From the IMG/VR virus record IMGVR_UViG_3300025382_000006: a stretch of DNA of 64,000 nucleotides; one strand, written 5' to 3'. The first letter of the stretch is position 1, and each line of letters starts with the position of its first letter. A program made the translations under genes and the position numbers. The notes beneath the pieces were generated by a model. It made no database searches, had not been told where the DNA came from, and saw nothing but the letters and a program-made list of their open reading frames with translations. The DNA comes from an uncultured virus (IMG/VR IMGVR_UViG_3300025382_000006). Its lineage: Duplodnaviria; Heunggongvirae; Uroviricota; Caudoviricetes. Shown piece after piece: positions 1-9,969 of this stretch.

Positions 1-86
1 CTATCAAATGGCTAAAAAACAACCATGTGATGCCTTATTATTTTTTCCTAGTACTTGTATTTATTGAAACAAATTAAGTGCGTATT

Positions 87-521
87 TTATGCCGGACCTA
101 GCAGACCGTTGTCTTGATCAAATTTCAATTGTATAGATTCTTGCAAATTGTATAGAAAATATTTCAAATCACATTGTATTTGTATGCCATTATCATAAGG
201 TGTAACTAAAATATTTGTTGCCTGAACACGAGGATCACTGTTAAAAATCTCGTTAACATTTTCTAATATTGCATTTTGTACATCAGGTGTCAATGGCTCA
301 AACAGTAGATCCCAGATTATAGATCCAAACTCAGGTTGCATCAAACGTTCACCTTTTCTTACAAAGAAATTATTCAACAAGTCTTGCTTGATAAGTGCAA
401 AATCGTATAGTGCATAATTTTGTGTATCTTTGCTAACAGTACTGAAGCCCCTGTAGAACTGTGTTTTGACAGGGCTGTTAGGTTGATTTTGTGGTAATTG
501 TGGAACAGTATAAATGGTCAT
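87..521 (-). CDS. gp25: Baseplate wedge subunit, gp25/GPW-like
   Basis: 144 aa with IKQDLLNNFFVRKGERLMQPEFGSIIWDLLFEP...DPRV, the gp25-family signature; follows the gp5-like gene. Confidence 0.9.
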   Translation of the reverse strand: MTIYTVPQLPQNQPNSPVKTQFYRGFSTVSKDTQNYALYDFALIKQDLLNNFFVRKGERLMQPEFGSIIWDLLFEPLTPDVQNAILENVNEIFNSDPRVQATNILVTPYDNGIQIQCDLKYFLYNLQESIQLKFDQDNGLLGPA

Positions 522-522
522 A

Positions 523-2043
523 TCAATTGTTTCCTTTTAAGAAGGTATCTGACGAAGATGTATATGTTTTCCAAGATTTTGGAACACTGATAGCTGAGGC
601 TTTTTCCCTATCAGTAGCATCAGGCTTAAACAAAGACCCATCTAGATTTTCATGGTGCGGATAAGGTTCTGTAGTTGGTATTCGAGCCATTATACTTGTA
701 ATTGTTGTACCGTCAGTTTCTGTTGGATTGTCTATGGTAGACAATGCAGTTGCACTGGCTGCGCTGGTTGCAACACCTGAATTAAAATTAATGTTACCGC
801 CATCGATGGCAGTATTGGCTGCCATGATATGCGTATCTCCGCCTGATGTAAATTTGTTACTAGAGCCAGTATGAACATCATATTTTCCAGTAATAGTAAG
901 TTTGCCATCGCCTCCGACAATCACATTATAATCTTTGCCCGACTCTGATTGAAATCTTTCTGCGGCTTTGATATTAACGTTGCGGCCTGCTTCAAAATTA
1001 ATGTCTCGATCAGCATAAAAATTTAAGTCGTTACTAGAATGAACACTTACGCTGTCCTGAGCATAGATATCTATTTTACCATCACTGGTTAATTCTATCC
1101 AAGCAGTGCCTCGACTATTGGTAATATAAATTAAATCCTCAGTATTATGCATTAATATCTGATGACCAGTTCTTGTACGTAACCTAATTAGTTCGTTGGC
1201 AGGTTTTGTAACATCGCCGTCTGTATCACCATTATCAATACTGGCGTATTCTGGAGGACCATCCGTAGGAGCTTTTTTTCTAAGCCAGTTGGCATCTCCA
1301 TCATCCATAACAAATGTACTACCGCCCAGCCTACTTACTGGAGCATTTAATCTTTTCCACTCTGCTTTACCAACGTCTGCACGTTTTGCATCTGTTTGCT
1401 TATCTGTTGGGCCAGGAGTGCTAATACCAAATACCATACTAGGACTTTCTCTTCTAGCACTGCTGGTAGTAATTCCACGAATGTCATCTAACAACAATCC
1501 TTGGTTTTTTAGTATCTGTGCAAAGGGATGAACGGGTTTGAGATTTTTTTCAGGATCTCCTGTAGTGGCACTGTCTGGAGCCGCTTTGTTATATTCAGAA
1601 GTTGGCACTCGACTAGCACTGCCGTAATTGGTGTCTATTGCACCGCCCACTACTTGTTGTGTGGCAGCCAAACCTGGAATCATAAAATTCATTGTGTCAT
1701 CAATTACACACCCTAACCAGTAACCTCGCTTAGGATCTCCGTTGACAAACATTATCATGACAATAGTACCTACATCAGGTGGTACCATCCACATGCCGTA
1801 ACTTTTTTGTGTATCCTGATAATCATTATTAGGTCCAGTAAAATCTACACTGGTTACGCCATAAAAAGGACTTAGATATTTTACTTGATGTAGTTGTGTT
1901 TCACTATCAGTTGATCCTACGGGTCTTAAAATTTCAACTTCAAGGATACCCATGTAGGTAGGATCAAGATTGCTGACAACCTTTGCTAAAAACGGGCCTG
2001 GTTTTGGTTCCGTTCCTTGTGAGGAATAATCTTCATTCATCAT
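523..2043 (-). CDS. gp5: Baseplate central spike, gp5/VgrG-like
   Basis: N-terminal OB-fold-like segment (VVSNLDPTYMG...GMWMVPPDVGTIVMIMFVNGD), RTRTGHQI motif and beta-helix repeats; no lysozyme motif seen. Confidence 0.8.
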   Translation of the reverse strand: MMNEDYSSQGTEPKPGPFLAKVVSNLDPTYMGILEVEILRPVGSTDSETQLHQVKYLSPFYGVTSVDFTGPNNDYQDTQKSYGMWMVPPDVGTIVMIMFVNGDPKRGYWLGCVIDDTMNFMIPGLAATQQVVGGAIDTNYGSASRVPTSEYNKAAPDSATTGDPEKNLKPVHPFAQILKNQGLLLDDIRGITTSSARRESPSMVFGISTPGPTDKQTDAKRADVGKAEWKRLNAPVSRLGGSTFVMDDGDANWLRKKAPTDGPPEYASIDNGDTDGDVTKPANELIRLRTRTGHQILMHNTEDLIYITNSRGTAWIELTSDGKIDIYAQDSVSVHSSNDLNFYADRDINFEAGRNVNIKAAERFQSESGKDYNVIVGGDGKLTITGKYDVHTGSSNKFTSGGDTHIMAANTAIDGGNINFNSGVATSAASATALSTIDNPTETDGTTITSIMARIPTTEPYPHHENLDGSLFKPDATDREKASAISVPKSWKTYTSSSDTFLKGNN

Positions 2044-4262
2044 TTAGATGGTTCCTGTACTTTGGCTTTTTCTGGAACGTTAACGTTAAATGTATTTGAT
2101 GCAGAACCGGTACCTTTGAATTCCTGACTTGGTACACGATTGCCTTTAAGCGTTTGTGTAAATTGTCCGCCAGCAAATTTGCTTGTAACAGTTAATAGAT
2201 GATAAAATCCACTCCACATTAATACAGGTGCGCTCTTTGTACTTTTTCCAAAGTCATATAAACCAGTAGCTTGATTCAAATCAACTGGTGTTCTAAAATT
2301 AATAACGATATGCACTTCTCCATTTTGATGATTAATAGTCATATCACTATTGAGATTTTTGTATTGACTTGGTTTAGCTGTATAATTGCCGTTGCCACTT
2401 TGTGCAATATAGTAAGGATCGCCTATTATGTCCATCTCTAACTGTTGCATGGCTGACTGATCATTTACAGCATCGTGAAATAGTCTAGCCGCACGGGTAT
2501 TAGGAGTTTCAAGTCCACCGCCGCCTTTGTTATCTGATTTTGTTTTAGTGCCAGTATATCTAACTTGTGACGGAACTGTTCCTTTTTGAGCTTTTTGTCC
2601 ATCTGGCAAAGGATTAGAATTATTTAATTTAGGTTCTGCGGCACTGTCTGAGTCGGCTAATTTTGCATCGGCTGTTTGATCTATTGCCGTTGCTCCCATT
2701 ATGGCTGCAAAAGAAGTTTTGAAACTTAAATTAAATCTTATAACATCAACGTTTTTTCCAGTATAGATGTAATTGTATTCTTTAACAATTTGTTTTTTAA
2801 GTTCAGTAAACCCTGAAGCTTTTGTATTAGGTGCCATAAGTTTAGTAGAATGTACTTCATAGGGCACTACCCTGTACACTATAATTCTAGGTTGTCTACC
2901 TGTAGTTTTTTCATTAGAATTATCGCTGACAATAAAAACTTGTGTGTCAATTCTCCACCACACTTTCATACCGTCTTTAGTTACTTGTGCTTCGCCTAGT
3001 GCGCTGGATGCATATTCGCTGTTTAACAATACTTGATTTATTGCTGTTGGTATATCAGTATCTTGGCTAAACCTAATGTCACTAATTTTAGGATCTACAG
3101 TATTGTTACTGCGTATAACATTGCCTTTACTGTCAATTACCTTGTTGTCTTTGCCCACAGGTGCATCACCTTTTCTAGTGTCGCTAAATCCCATTTTGGC
3201 TTTGCCAAGTTCGTTCACATTGGCAGGATCTTGTACAAATGTATTGTTGCCTGGAACTTTGCTTTGCACCAAATGTAATTGCTGTGTGATTGCAGACATT
3301 GTTGATGTAGATATAGTTGCTCCAGACGAATTTTCACCCTTTGACTGTGTTGATCCAGCTGCCGAAGAAGAAATATCTTTGGGAAAAAGAATAAAAATTT
3401 GATCAGGAGTTTTTACAATACCTTTTTTTACTTGATCTTTTAGTCGTTGATTGATAACCACTTGCAAACTTTTTTCTCCTGTTTGCAAAACTTCTTGTAC
3501 AGTAATACCTTTTACACTTACATCAGTTTTTATTTCACTGTTGTGTGCGCTGTGTGCTTCTCCGTTGGCTGCTGTACATTCGCAATGATAAACTGACCCG
3601 TGTTCGTTCACTGTCATTTCGATATTCAAAAATTTGAAAGGAATCTTTCTACTAGTTTGAGGTATAGTGGAAATTTTTCCTGTTTCTGTGTTGCCTCTAA
3701 AATCAATAGTTAACAAATACGGAGCCATTGTATAATTGTCATGCTTATTTTTCCAAGCGGCTTCTTCAATTGCCATTAAAAAAATACCCATACTGTAAGG
3801 CTCGATGATATCAAACGACATGTTCAGCATGTTTGACGAACTGTTACCCTCCATGCCCATGCTAGAATTAATTTCTAATTTGTCTATATAGAAATCAAAT
3901 TTTCCAAAGGCAGTTTGTACTCGGTTGCCGGGATCTATGTTAGCTGATTTACAAATCCAATCAAACTTGGAAGTGTTACCCATATAACCTTTATCTGGAT
4001 TATTCAACTGTTCATTAGTAATAGATGCAATGCCTAAAATATAATCGTAACTAGCATAGGCAAATAAAGGATTAGCTAAAGGTAATTTGATTCCACTTAA
4101 TGGTTTAATGCCTGACGTAAGCGAGGAAACAAGTCCACCGGCAGCGCCTGCTATGGCAGATAATCCACCTGCTACTCCAGAACTAACAAAATCTACAGCA
4201 GATGATGCGGCATTAGATACTGAAGTAGTTGCAGAGTCAACTAGGTTTGAAAAGTCACTCAT
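2040..4262 (-). CDS. Baseplate hub protein (gp27/GPD-like), putative
   Basis: 740 aa between gp53-like and gp5-like genes; C-terminal IIGDPY...SGFYHLLTVTSKFAGGQFTQTL resembles hub proteins. Confidence 0.6.
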   Translation of the reverse strand: MSDFSNLVDSATTSVSNAASSAVDFVSSGVAGGLSAIAGAAGGLVSSLTSGIKPLSGIKLPLANPLFAYASYDYILGIASITNEQLNNPDKGYMGNTSKFDWICKSANIDPGNRVQTAFGKFDFYIDKLEINSSMGMEGNSSSNMLNMSFDIIEPYSMGIFLMAIEEAAWKNKHDNYTMAPYLLTIDFRGNTETGKISTIPQTSRKIPFKFLNIEMTVNEHGSVYHCECTAANGEAHSAHNSEIKTDVSVKGITVQEVLQTGEKSLQVVINQRLKDQVKKGIVKTPDQIFILFPKDISSSAAGSTQSKGENSSGATISTSTMSAITQQLHLVQSKVPGNNTFVQDPANVNELGKAKMGFSDTRKGDAPVGKDNKVIDSKGNVIRSNNTVDPKISDIRFSQDTDIPTAINQVLLNSEYASSALGEAQVTKDGMKVWWRIDTQVFIVSDNSNEKTTGRQPRIIVYRVVPYEVHSTKLMAPNTKASGFTELKKQIVKEYNYIYTGKNVDVIRFNLSFKTSFAAIMGATAIDQTADAKLADSDSAAEPKLNNSNPLPDGQKAQKGTVPSQVRYTGTKTKSDNKGGGGLETPNTRAARLFHDAVNDQSAMQQLEMDIIGDPYYIAQSGNGNYTAKPSQYKNLNSDMTINHQNGEVHIVINFRTPVDLNQATGLYDFGKSTKSAPVLMWSGFYHLLTVTSKFAGGQFTQTLKGNRVPSQEFKGTGSASNTFNVNVPEKAKVQEPSK

Positions 4263-4263
4263 G

Positions 4264-4563
4264 TTATAGTCCTAACGCAGATGTTAATTCACTTAGTTTG
4301 CAAAGATAAATTTGTGTGCCTGGAGCAAAATCTAAAACAGGATCTTGAAGTACGTCCATATTACGTTGCATAAAGACCCACCATAGGCTAGAATTTCCGT
4401 ACAAAGCAAATGCTAATAAATCTGGGCGATAGGCAAATTTTGCATCTATTGTATATAAAATATCGTCTGCAGATGCACTGACAGGTCGAATAGCCAGTAC
4501 GTCCAAATAATTATTTGTGACTTCTGTAGTATACCAAGGACTTGTGTTTGAATAGTTGGCCAT
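4264..4563 (-). CDS. Baseplate wedge protein, gp53/LysM-like
   Basis: YRPDLLAFALYGNSSLWWVF motif typical of gp53/tail-X LysM proteins. Confidence 0.75.
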   Translation of the reverse strand: MANYSNTSPWYTTEVTNNYLDVLAIRPVSASADDILYTIDAKFAYRPDLLAFALYGNSSLWWVFMQRNMDVLQDPVLDFAPGTQIYLCKLSELTSALGL

Positions 4564-4564
4564 G

Positions 4565-5551
4565 TTAAATGTATCCGAATGGGCTGTTTAGATAACCGCC
4601 TTGAACAAATCTATCAAGACTAAAATTCTTAGCACTATTTCTACTATAGATAGGTGCTAGTGTTACAGTAAAGCTACTTTTAGTTGGTACGTGTGTTACA
4701 CCACCACTAGTTTGCCCTCCTAGGCCTAGCGATCCTGCAACTCCAGCAATATTACCAACTGCTCCAGCTACACTACTTATACCACCAGCTACACTGGACA
4801 GTAGTCCTCCTGGATCTCCAAATCCGCCTATGGTATCTGCAAGGCCGCCTATGCCTCCTGCAATACCTTGTATTTCTCCTGCGGCACTTCCTACTACATT
4901 AACGCCAATGTAATCGCATTGTGAATTTAATGACACTGACATTTGTGTTACTACTACTGGAACATTCTTAAAAACATAGTTACCATACCCGTTTAAGAAT
5001 ACCACAGGAGGAGGATTTCCAGCCTTTGGATCATTTCCAACAAACATTTTGGTAAGGCTACGTAAATAATGAACCGCGGCAATCCAGTATAATCCTTGTG
5101 TAGCATCTTCAACGTTGAATGGTGCAGTAATTGTTATCGATCCAGGGTCGCTACTTTTGAATGATTGAAAGGTATAGTTGTTGTGTACCGTATCAATTTT
5201 GCTATATGAAGCACTACTTTGTATTGTTATTTCTGGAGTATAAGGGAAAATGAGTCCACCAGCGTCTTTTAATGGTTTTAACACAGGGCTACCTTTGAAG
5301 CTAGTCCAGTTGGCCAAACTTAATCTTACACGCCAGTCATTGGCGGCCGCATCGCCCCCAAAACTTGAAACAGCACCTGCAATATCTCCAATTGCTTCTG
5401 CGCCCGCGGCTAGTCCAGTGCCGTTTAACAGGCTATCTGCTAGATTAAAAGAACCCGATAAATCACTAAGCGTATTTAGGCCCGATGACGCGGCTCCAAT
5501 TAAACCAGATGCGCTAGAAATCGATTGAGAAAGACTATCACCCAATGCCAT
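4565..5551 (-). CDS. Baseplate/tail tube initiator-like protein
   Basis: LIFPYTPEI...GNPPPVVFLNGYG...VPVVV motif of tube-initiator-type proteins; Gly-rich flanks; SD AGGAG. Confidence 0.55.
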   Translation of the reverse strand: MALGDSLSQSISSASGLIGAASSGLNTLSDLSGSFNLADSLLNGTGLAAGAEAIGDIAGAVSSFGGDAAANDWRVRLSLANWTSFKGSPVLKPLKDAGGLIFPYTPEITIQSSASYSKIDTVHNNYTFQSFKSSDPGSITITAPFNVEDATQGLYWIAAVHYLRSLTKMFVGNDPKAGNPPPVVFLNGYGNYVFKNVPVVVTQMSVSLNSQCDYIGVNVVGSAAGEIQGIAGGIGGLADTIGGFGDPGGLLSSVAGGISSVAGAVGNIAGVAGSLGLGGQTSGGVTHVPTKSSFTVTLAPIYSRNSAKNFSLDRFVQGGYLNSPFGYI

Positions 5552-5575
5552 AATAAAATACTCCTTTTGATGTAT

Positions 5576-5581
5576 TATTTA
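5576..5581 (-). promoter_or_regulatory. T4-type late promoter (TAAATA) for baseplate cluster
   Basis: TATTTA on + strand, 25 nt upstream of the 5551 start. Confidence 0.65.
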
Positions 5582-5582
5582 T

Positions 5583-5611
5583 TTGACTTTATTATGTGCG
5601 TAGTTTATAAT
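5583..5611 (+). promoter_or_regulatory. Sigma70-type promoter for gp55 operon
   Basis: TTGACT (5583-5588), 17-nt spacer, TATAAT (5606-5611). Confidence 0.85.
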
Positions 5612-5634
5612 AACTTATTAGAGGACTCTACCGG

Positions 5635-6468
5635 ATGACAGCAAAAGTAAATTACTTAAACAACAAGGATATGTTGTTAGAAATACATAGATCAAAAACA
5701 TCATATTGTAGTTTCACCAAACCAGAATATCATCAATATGATTTGATTGTACCCAGTTTAGACAAAATTAATGTTAGAACTATTGCAGAAGCCAAACGTG
5801 TACAGGCTAAACGACTGGGACAACAAGATTTTGAACAAAGAAAGAAAGCTGGCGAAAAGATTAAATTAGCTGATTGTGAAATTGACTATAAAAAGATAGC
5901 AAAGACCAGTGTTGTATTCCGTGTTATGACATTTGATCATATTCCATTAAATGGAACACGTAAGAAAAATCCTAAAAGTCTTGCTGATCATAGAGACAAA
6001 GTTAACTTTCCACCATTTCAACATTGGAAGTTTGATGATAAAGATCCAGAAAAACTCATATGTGTAGGCAAAAGCCATTGGAAAGGTGATTTAGAAAAGG
6101 GCAAGTTTGATAAAGATGCTGGACAAATCACTAATACCCTGGCACGTATGATGATTAAACTATGCGAACGCTATGCTACTCGCGGTAATGTGCGAGGTTA
6201 TACTTATAACGATGAGATGAAAGGTATGGCTATATTGCAATTAACACAGATCGGATTGCAATTTGATGAAAGTAAAAGCGATAACCCCTTTGCTTATTTT
6301 ACTGCGGCAGTAACTAATAGTTTTGTCCGTGTTATCAACACAGAAAAACGTAATCAAAACATACGTGACGATATCTTAGAAATTAATGGTATGAATCCTA
6401 GCTACAGTAGAACTGGTGCTGGAGAACATGCGGCGGCATTGAAACGTTATTCAGAGGACACAGAATGA
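5635..6468 (+). CDS. gp55: Late-transcription sigma factor, gp55-like
   Basis: YLNNKDML N-terminus; NVRGYTYNDEM...FDESKSDNPFAYFT motif; directly upstream of gp47/gp46 as in T4. Confidence 0.9.
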   Translation: MTAKVNYLNNKDMLLEIHRSKTSYCSFTKPEYHQYDLIVPSLDKINVRTIAEAKRVQAKRLGQQDFEQRKKAGEKIKLADCEIDYKKIAKTSVVFRVMTFDHIPLNGTRKKNPKSLADHRDKVNFPPFQHWKFDDKDPEKLICVGKSHWKGDLEKGKFDKDAGQITNTLARMMIKLCERYATRGNVRGYTYNDEMKGMAILQLTQIGLQFDESKSDNPFAYFTAAVTNSFVRVINTEKRNQNIRDDILEINGMNPSYSRTGAGEHAAALKRYSEDTE

Positions 6469-7479
6469 CACAGTTGTTTAAGAAAGTAGCTTGTTTTACG
6501 GACATTCATTTCGGATTAAAGTCTAACAGTAGTGTACACAACCAAGACTGTGAAGACTTTGTAGATTGGTACATTGCAAAAGCAAAGGAGGAAGGTTGTG
6601 ATACAGGTATCTTTATGGGCGATTGGCATCATAATCGTAATAGCCTTAACATTACTACAATGGATTATAGCCTTAGGGCCCTGGAAAAGCTGGGGCAGGC
6701 GTTTGATAACTTCTATTTCTTTCCTGGTAATCATGATTTATATTACAAGGATAAGCGGGACATACACAGTGTGGAATTTGGAAAGTATATTCCTGGTGTC
6801 ACTGTCGTACACGAGCCTACTACTATTGGAGATGTCACCCTTTGTCCGTGGTTGGTTGGCGAAGAGTGGAGATCCATTAGCAAAAAAGGCGGAAAATACA
6901 TCTTCGGACACTTCGAACTCCCCAGCTTCTTCATGAATGCAATGGGTGCAAATGCCGGATCACGGAGAGATTCAGTTAGATAGTTTCAAACAATATGAGC
7001 TAGGATTTAGCGGACACTTTCATAAACGTCAACAAAAAGGCAATATGATCTATATTGGCAATGCATTTCCGCACAATTATGCAGATGCATGGGACGACGA
7101 GCGTGGAATGATGACTTTAGAATGGGGAGGAACTCCAGAATATCATAGTTGGCCAGGACAACCTACCTTTAGAACTATTAAATTAAGTCAACTAATTGAT
7201 GAAGCGGACAAAATAATATTGCCCAAGCAACATTTACGTGTTACACTAGACATAGATATCACATATGAAGAAGCTAGTTTTATCAAAGAAAAGTTTGTAG
7301 CAGACTATGACATTAGAGAACTTACACTTATTGCTGAAAAGAAAGATGTTGAAATCAATACCAACATAGATGTACAAGCATTTGAAAGTGTAGATCAAAT
7401 TGTATCTAGTCAAATTGTCAATATTGACAGTGATACTTACGACAAAAATACATTACTAGCAATTTATAACAGCCTATGA
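6465..7479 (+). CDS. gp47: Recombination endonuclease gp47 (Mre11/SbcD-like), split by a +1 frameshift near 6944-6946
   Basis: DIHFG, GDWHH, GNHD, GHFE in ORF 6465-6983 and SGHFH in ORF 6937-7479; removing one G of GGG restores a 337-aa frame. Confidence 0.85.
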
Positions 7480-9257
7480 CAATAAAATTAAAAGAATTAA
7501 CAGTTAAAAACTTTATGAGTGTGGGTAATCAAACCCAGGCTGTAAACTTTGCACAAGAAAATTTAACACTTGTACTAGGCGAAAACTTAGATCAAGGCGG
7601 CGACGACAGCGGAAGCCGTAATGGTACGGGTAAGACTACTATTGTCAACGCATTGAGTTTTGCTTTATTTGGTAATGCACTTACTAATATCAAGAAAGAC
7701 AACTTAATCAACAAGATTAACAACAAAAACATGTTGGTTACTCTGTCTTTTGAAAAAGACGGAATAGATTATCGTATTGAACGTGGACGCAAACCCACTG
7801 TCATGCAATTTTTTGTCAACGATCAAGCACAAGATGTTGAAGAAACAGATGACAGTCAGGGCGACATGCGTGAAACTCAGAAGGATTTAGACGATCTTCT
7901 GGGCATGAGTCACGACATGTTCAAGCACATTGTTGCATTAAACACATATACAGAACCGTTTTTAAGTATGCGGGCCAATGATCAGCGAGTGATCATTGAA
8001 CAACTTCTAGGTATTACTCTGTTAAGTGAGAAAGCTGAAGCTCTTAAAGAACAAATTAGACAAACTAAAGACAATATTACACAAGAATCAGCCAACATAG
8101 AAGCTATCAAACGTAGCAATGAAAACATTCAAAAGAGTATTGATGGCATTCTAACTAGGCAAAGTGCTTGGCGCAATCAACATGCCACCGAAGTTGAAAA
8201 GATTGGCAGGGCTATTGTAGAACTTGAGGGCGTAGATATTGAAGCTGAGCTTGCGAAGCATACGGAGCTCAAGGAGTTTGCTGAGAAATCAGCAAAGCTA
8301 AAAAGCCTAGAAAAGGAACAAGCTACGTTAAATAGCGCGATAGCGCAAGCGGAGCGAAGCGTCACAAAGTATGACGGCGAGCTCGCCAAGTTGGCTAACA
8401 AGACCTGTCACGCTTGTGAACAAACTCTCCATGACCATAAACATGAAGAAATGACTGCTACGGCACAACAGCACCTTGATGAGGCCCGAAAATATTTGGA
8501 CAAGGTCACAAAAGATTTCAACAAAATACAAAAAGAAATTGCCGCCATTGGAGACGTTCCTCGCAAGCCCACTACCTACTATGACAGCGTTGAACAGGCG
8601 CTTAAACATCAAAACAATCTTAAAACTCTTGAAACACAGCTACAGATCAAGGCGGGCGAGTCCGATCCTTACCAGGAACAGATTGATGAATTGACCAATA
8701 CTGCCATACAAGAAGTCACTTGGGACACAGTCAACACGCTTACACAGCTGAAAGATCATCAAGAGTTCTTGCTTAAACTACTAACCAGCAAGGATAGCTT
8801 TATTCGTAAGAAGATTATTGATCAAAACTTGGCCTATCTAAACAATCGATTGACTTATTATCTTGATAAGATGGGCTTGCCACATACTGTCATGTTCCAA
8901 AACGACCTAAGTGTGCTGATTACTCAGCTGGGTCAGGACCTAGACTTTGATAACTTGAGCCGTGGCGAGCGTAATCGCTTGATACTGTCCCTGTCATGGG
9001 CCTTTAGAGATGTGTGGGAAAGTCTATATCAGCCCATTAACTTGCTGTTTGTGGACGAGCTTATTGACAACGGACTCGATGCGTCGGGTGTTGAAGGCGC
9101 ACTGGCAGTGCTTAAAAAGATGTCGCGTGAACGTAAAAAGAATATTTTCTTGATATCGCACCGTGATGAACTGATTGGCCGTGTCAACAACGTGCTCAAA
9201 GTTATCAAAGAGAATGGCTATACTTCGTATGCCAATGATCTAGAAGTAAATGAGTAA
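7476..9257 (+). CDS. gp46: Recombination ATPase gp46 (Rad50/SbcC-like)
   Basis: Walker A NGTGKTT, zinc hook CHAC, signature LSRGE, Walker B FVDE, SH switch. Confidence 0.95.
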   Translation: MTIKLKELTVKNFMSVGNQTQAVNFAQENLTLVLGENLDQGGDDSGSRNGTGKTTIVNALSFALFGNALTNIKKDNLINKINNKNMLVTLSFEKDGIDYRIERGRKPTVMQFFVNDQAQDVEETDDSQGDMRETQKDLDDLLGMSHDMFKHIVALNTYTEPFLSMRANDQRVIIEQLLGITLLSEKAEALKEQIRQTKDNITQESANIEAIKRSNENIQKSIDGILTRQSAWRNQHATEVEKIGRAIVELEGVDIEAELAKHTELKEFAEKSAKLKSLEKEQATLNSAIAQAERSVTKYDGELAKLANKTCHACEQTLHDHKHEEMTATAQQHLDEARKYLDKVTKDFNKIQKEIAAIGDVPRKPTTYYDSVEQALKHQNNLKTLETQLQIKAGESDPYQEQIDELTNTAIQEVTWDTVNTLTQLKDHQEFLLKLLTSKDSFIRKKIIDQNLAYLNNRLTYYLDKMGLPHTVMFQNDLSVLITQLGQDLDFDNLSRGERNRLILSLSWAFRDVWESLYQPINLLFVDELIDNGLDASGVEGALAVLKKMSRERKKNIFLISHRDELIGRVNNVLKVIKENGYTSYANDLEVNE

Positions 9258-9519
9258 GCACGTTGAGCCCAGTCCCTATCAAAATGAAGAGTCGCATGAG
9301 CAACTCATGGCGGCCTTTAGAGAATACTTTAAGGCCAATCAGGATTGGCAACGCAAAGGCACAAGACGAGCAGGCGAAAACATGCGCTACTGGCTAGCGC
9401 AGATCCGTATTATAGCACGACAACGTAGAGAACACGTACAGCAGTATCGTGTGTATCTAGATCAATCTAAGGCTGAACGCAAGGCAAACCAAAATGACAA
9501 GGACTCTGGGACAGAATAA
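9250..9519 (+). CDS. Hypothetical protein, helical
   Basis: 89-aa ORF overlapping gp46 stop. Confidence 0.7.
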   Translation: MSKHVEPSPYQNEESHEQLMAAFREYFKANQDWQRKGTRRAGENMRYWLAQIRIIARQRREHVQQYRVYLDQSKAERKANQNDKDSGTE

Positions 9520-9531
9520 ACTACATAGTTA

Positions 9532-9969
9532 ATGTCCTGGTACTATGAAAATCAATTAATAACAGAATTGCCCGAAACCTGTGTTGGGTTTGTATATCTT
9601 ATAACAAATACAGTCACAGGGCGTATGTACATAGGCAAAAAACTAGCTAAATTTTCTAAAACCACATACAAAGTAGTTAAATTAAAGAACGGCACTAAGA
9701 AAAAAAAGAAAATCCGTGGCAAAATTGATTCAGACTGGAGAGACTATTATGGATCTTCAGACGAACTACTCAAGGATGTCGCGCAGTTAGGTCAAGAAAA
9801 CTTTCGGCGAGAAATATTATTTTACTGTACCAGTAAAGCCGAAACGTCATACATAGAGGCACGAGAACAATTTACACGCAGGGTATTGGAATCTGACGAC
9901 TATTACAATGGTCAGATATCTGTTCGTGTCCACGGCTCCCACATCAAAGGCAAACAGTTAAACGGTTAA
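9532..9969 (+). CDS. Stand-alone GIY-YIG nuclease
   Basis: GFVYLITN...MYIGKK, YYGSS, conserved E and YYN; 145 aa; Lys-rich insertion. Confidence 0.85.
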   Translation: MSWYYENQLITELPETCVGFVYLITNTVTGRMYIGKKLAKFSKTTYKVVKLKNGTKKKKKIRGKIDSDWRDYYGSSDELLKDVAQLGQENFRREILFYCTSKAETSYIEAREQFTRRVLESDDYYNGQISVRVHGSHIKGKQLNG

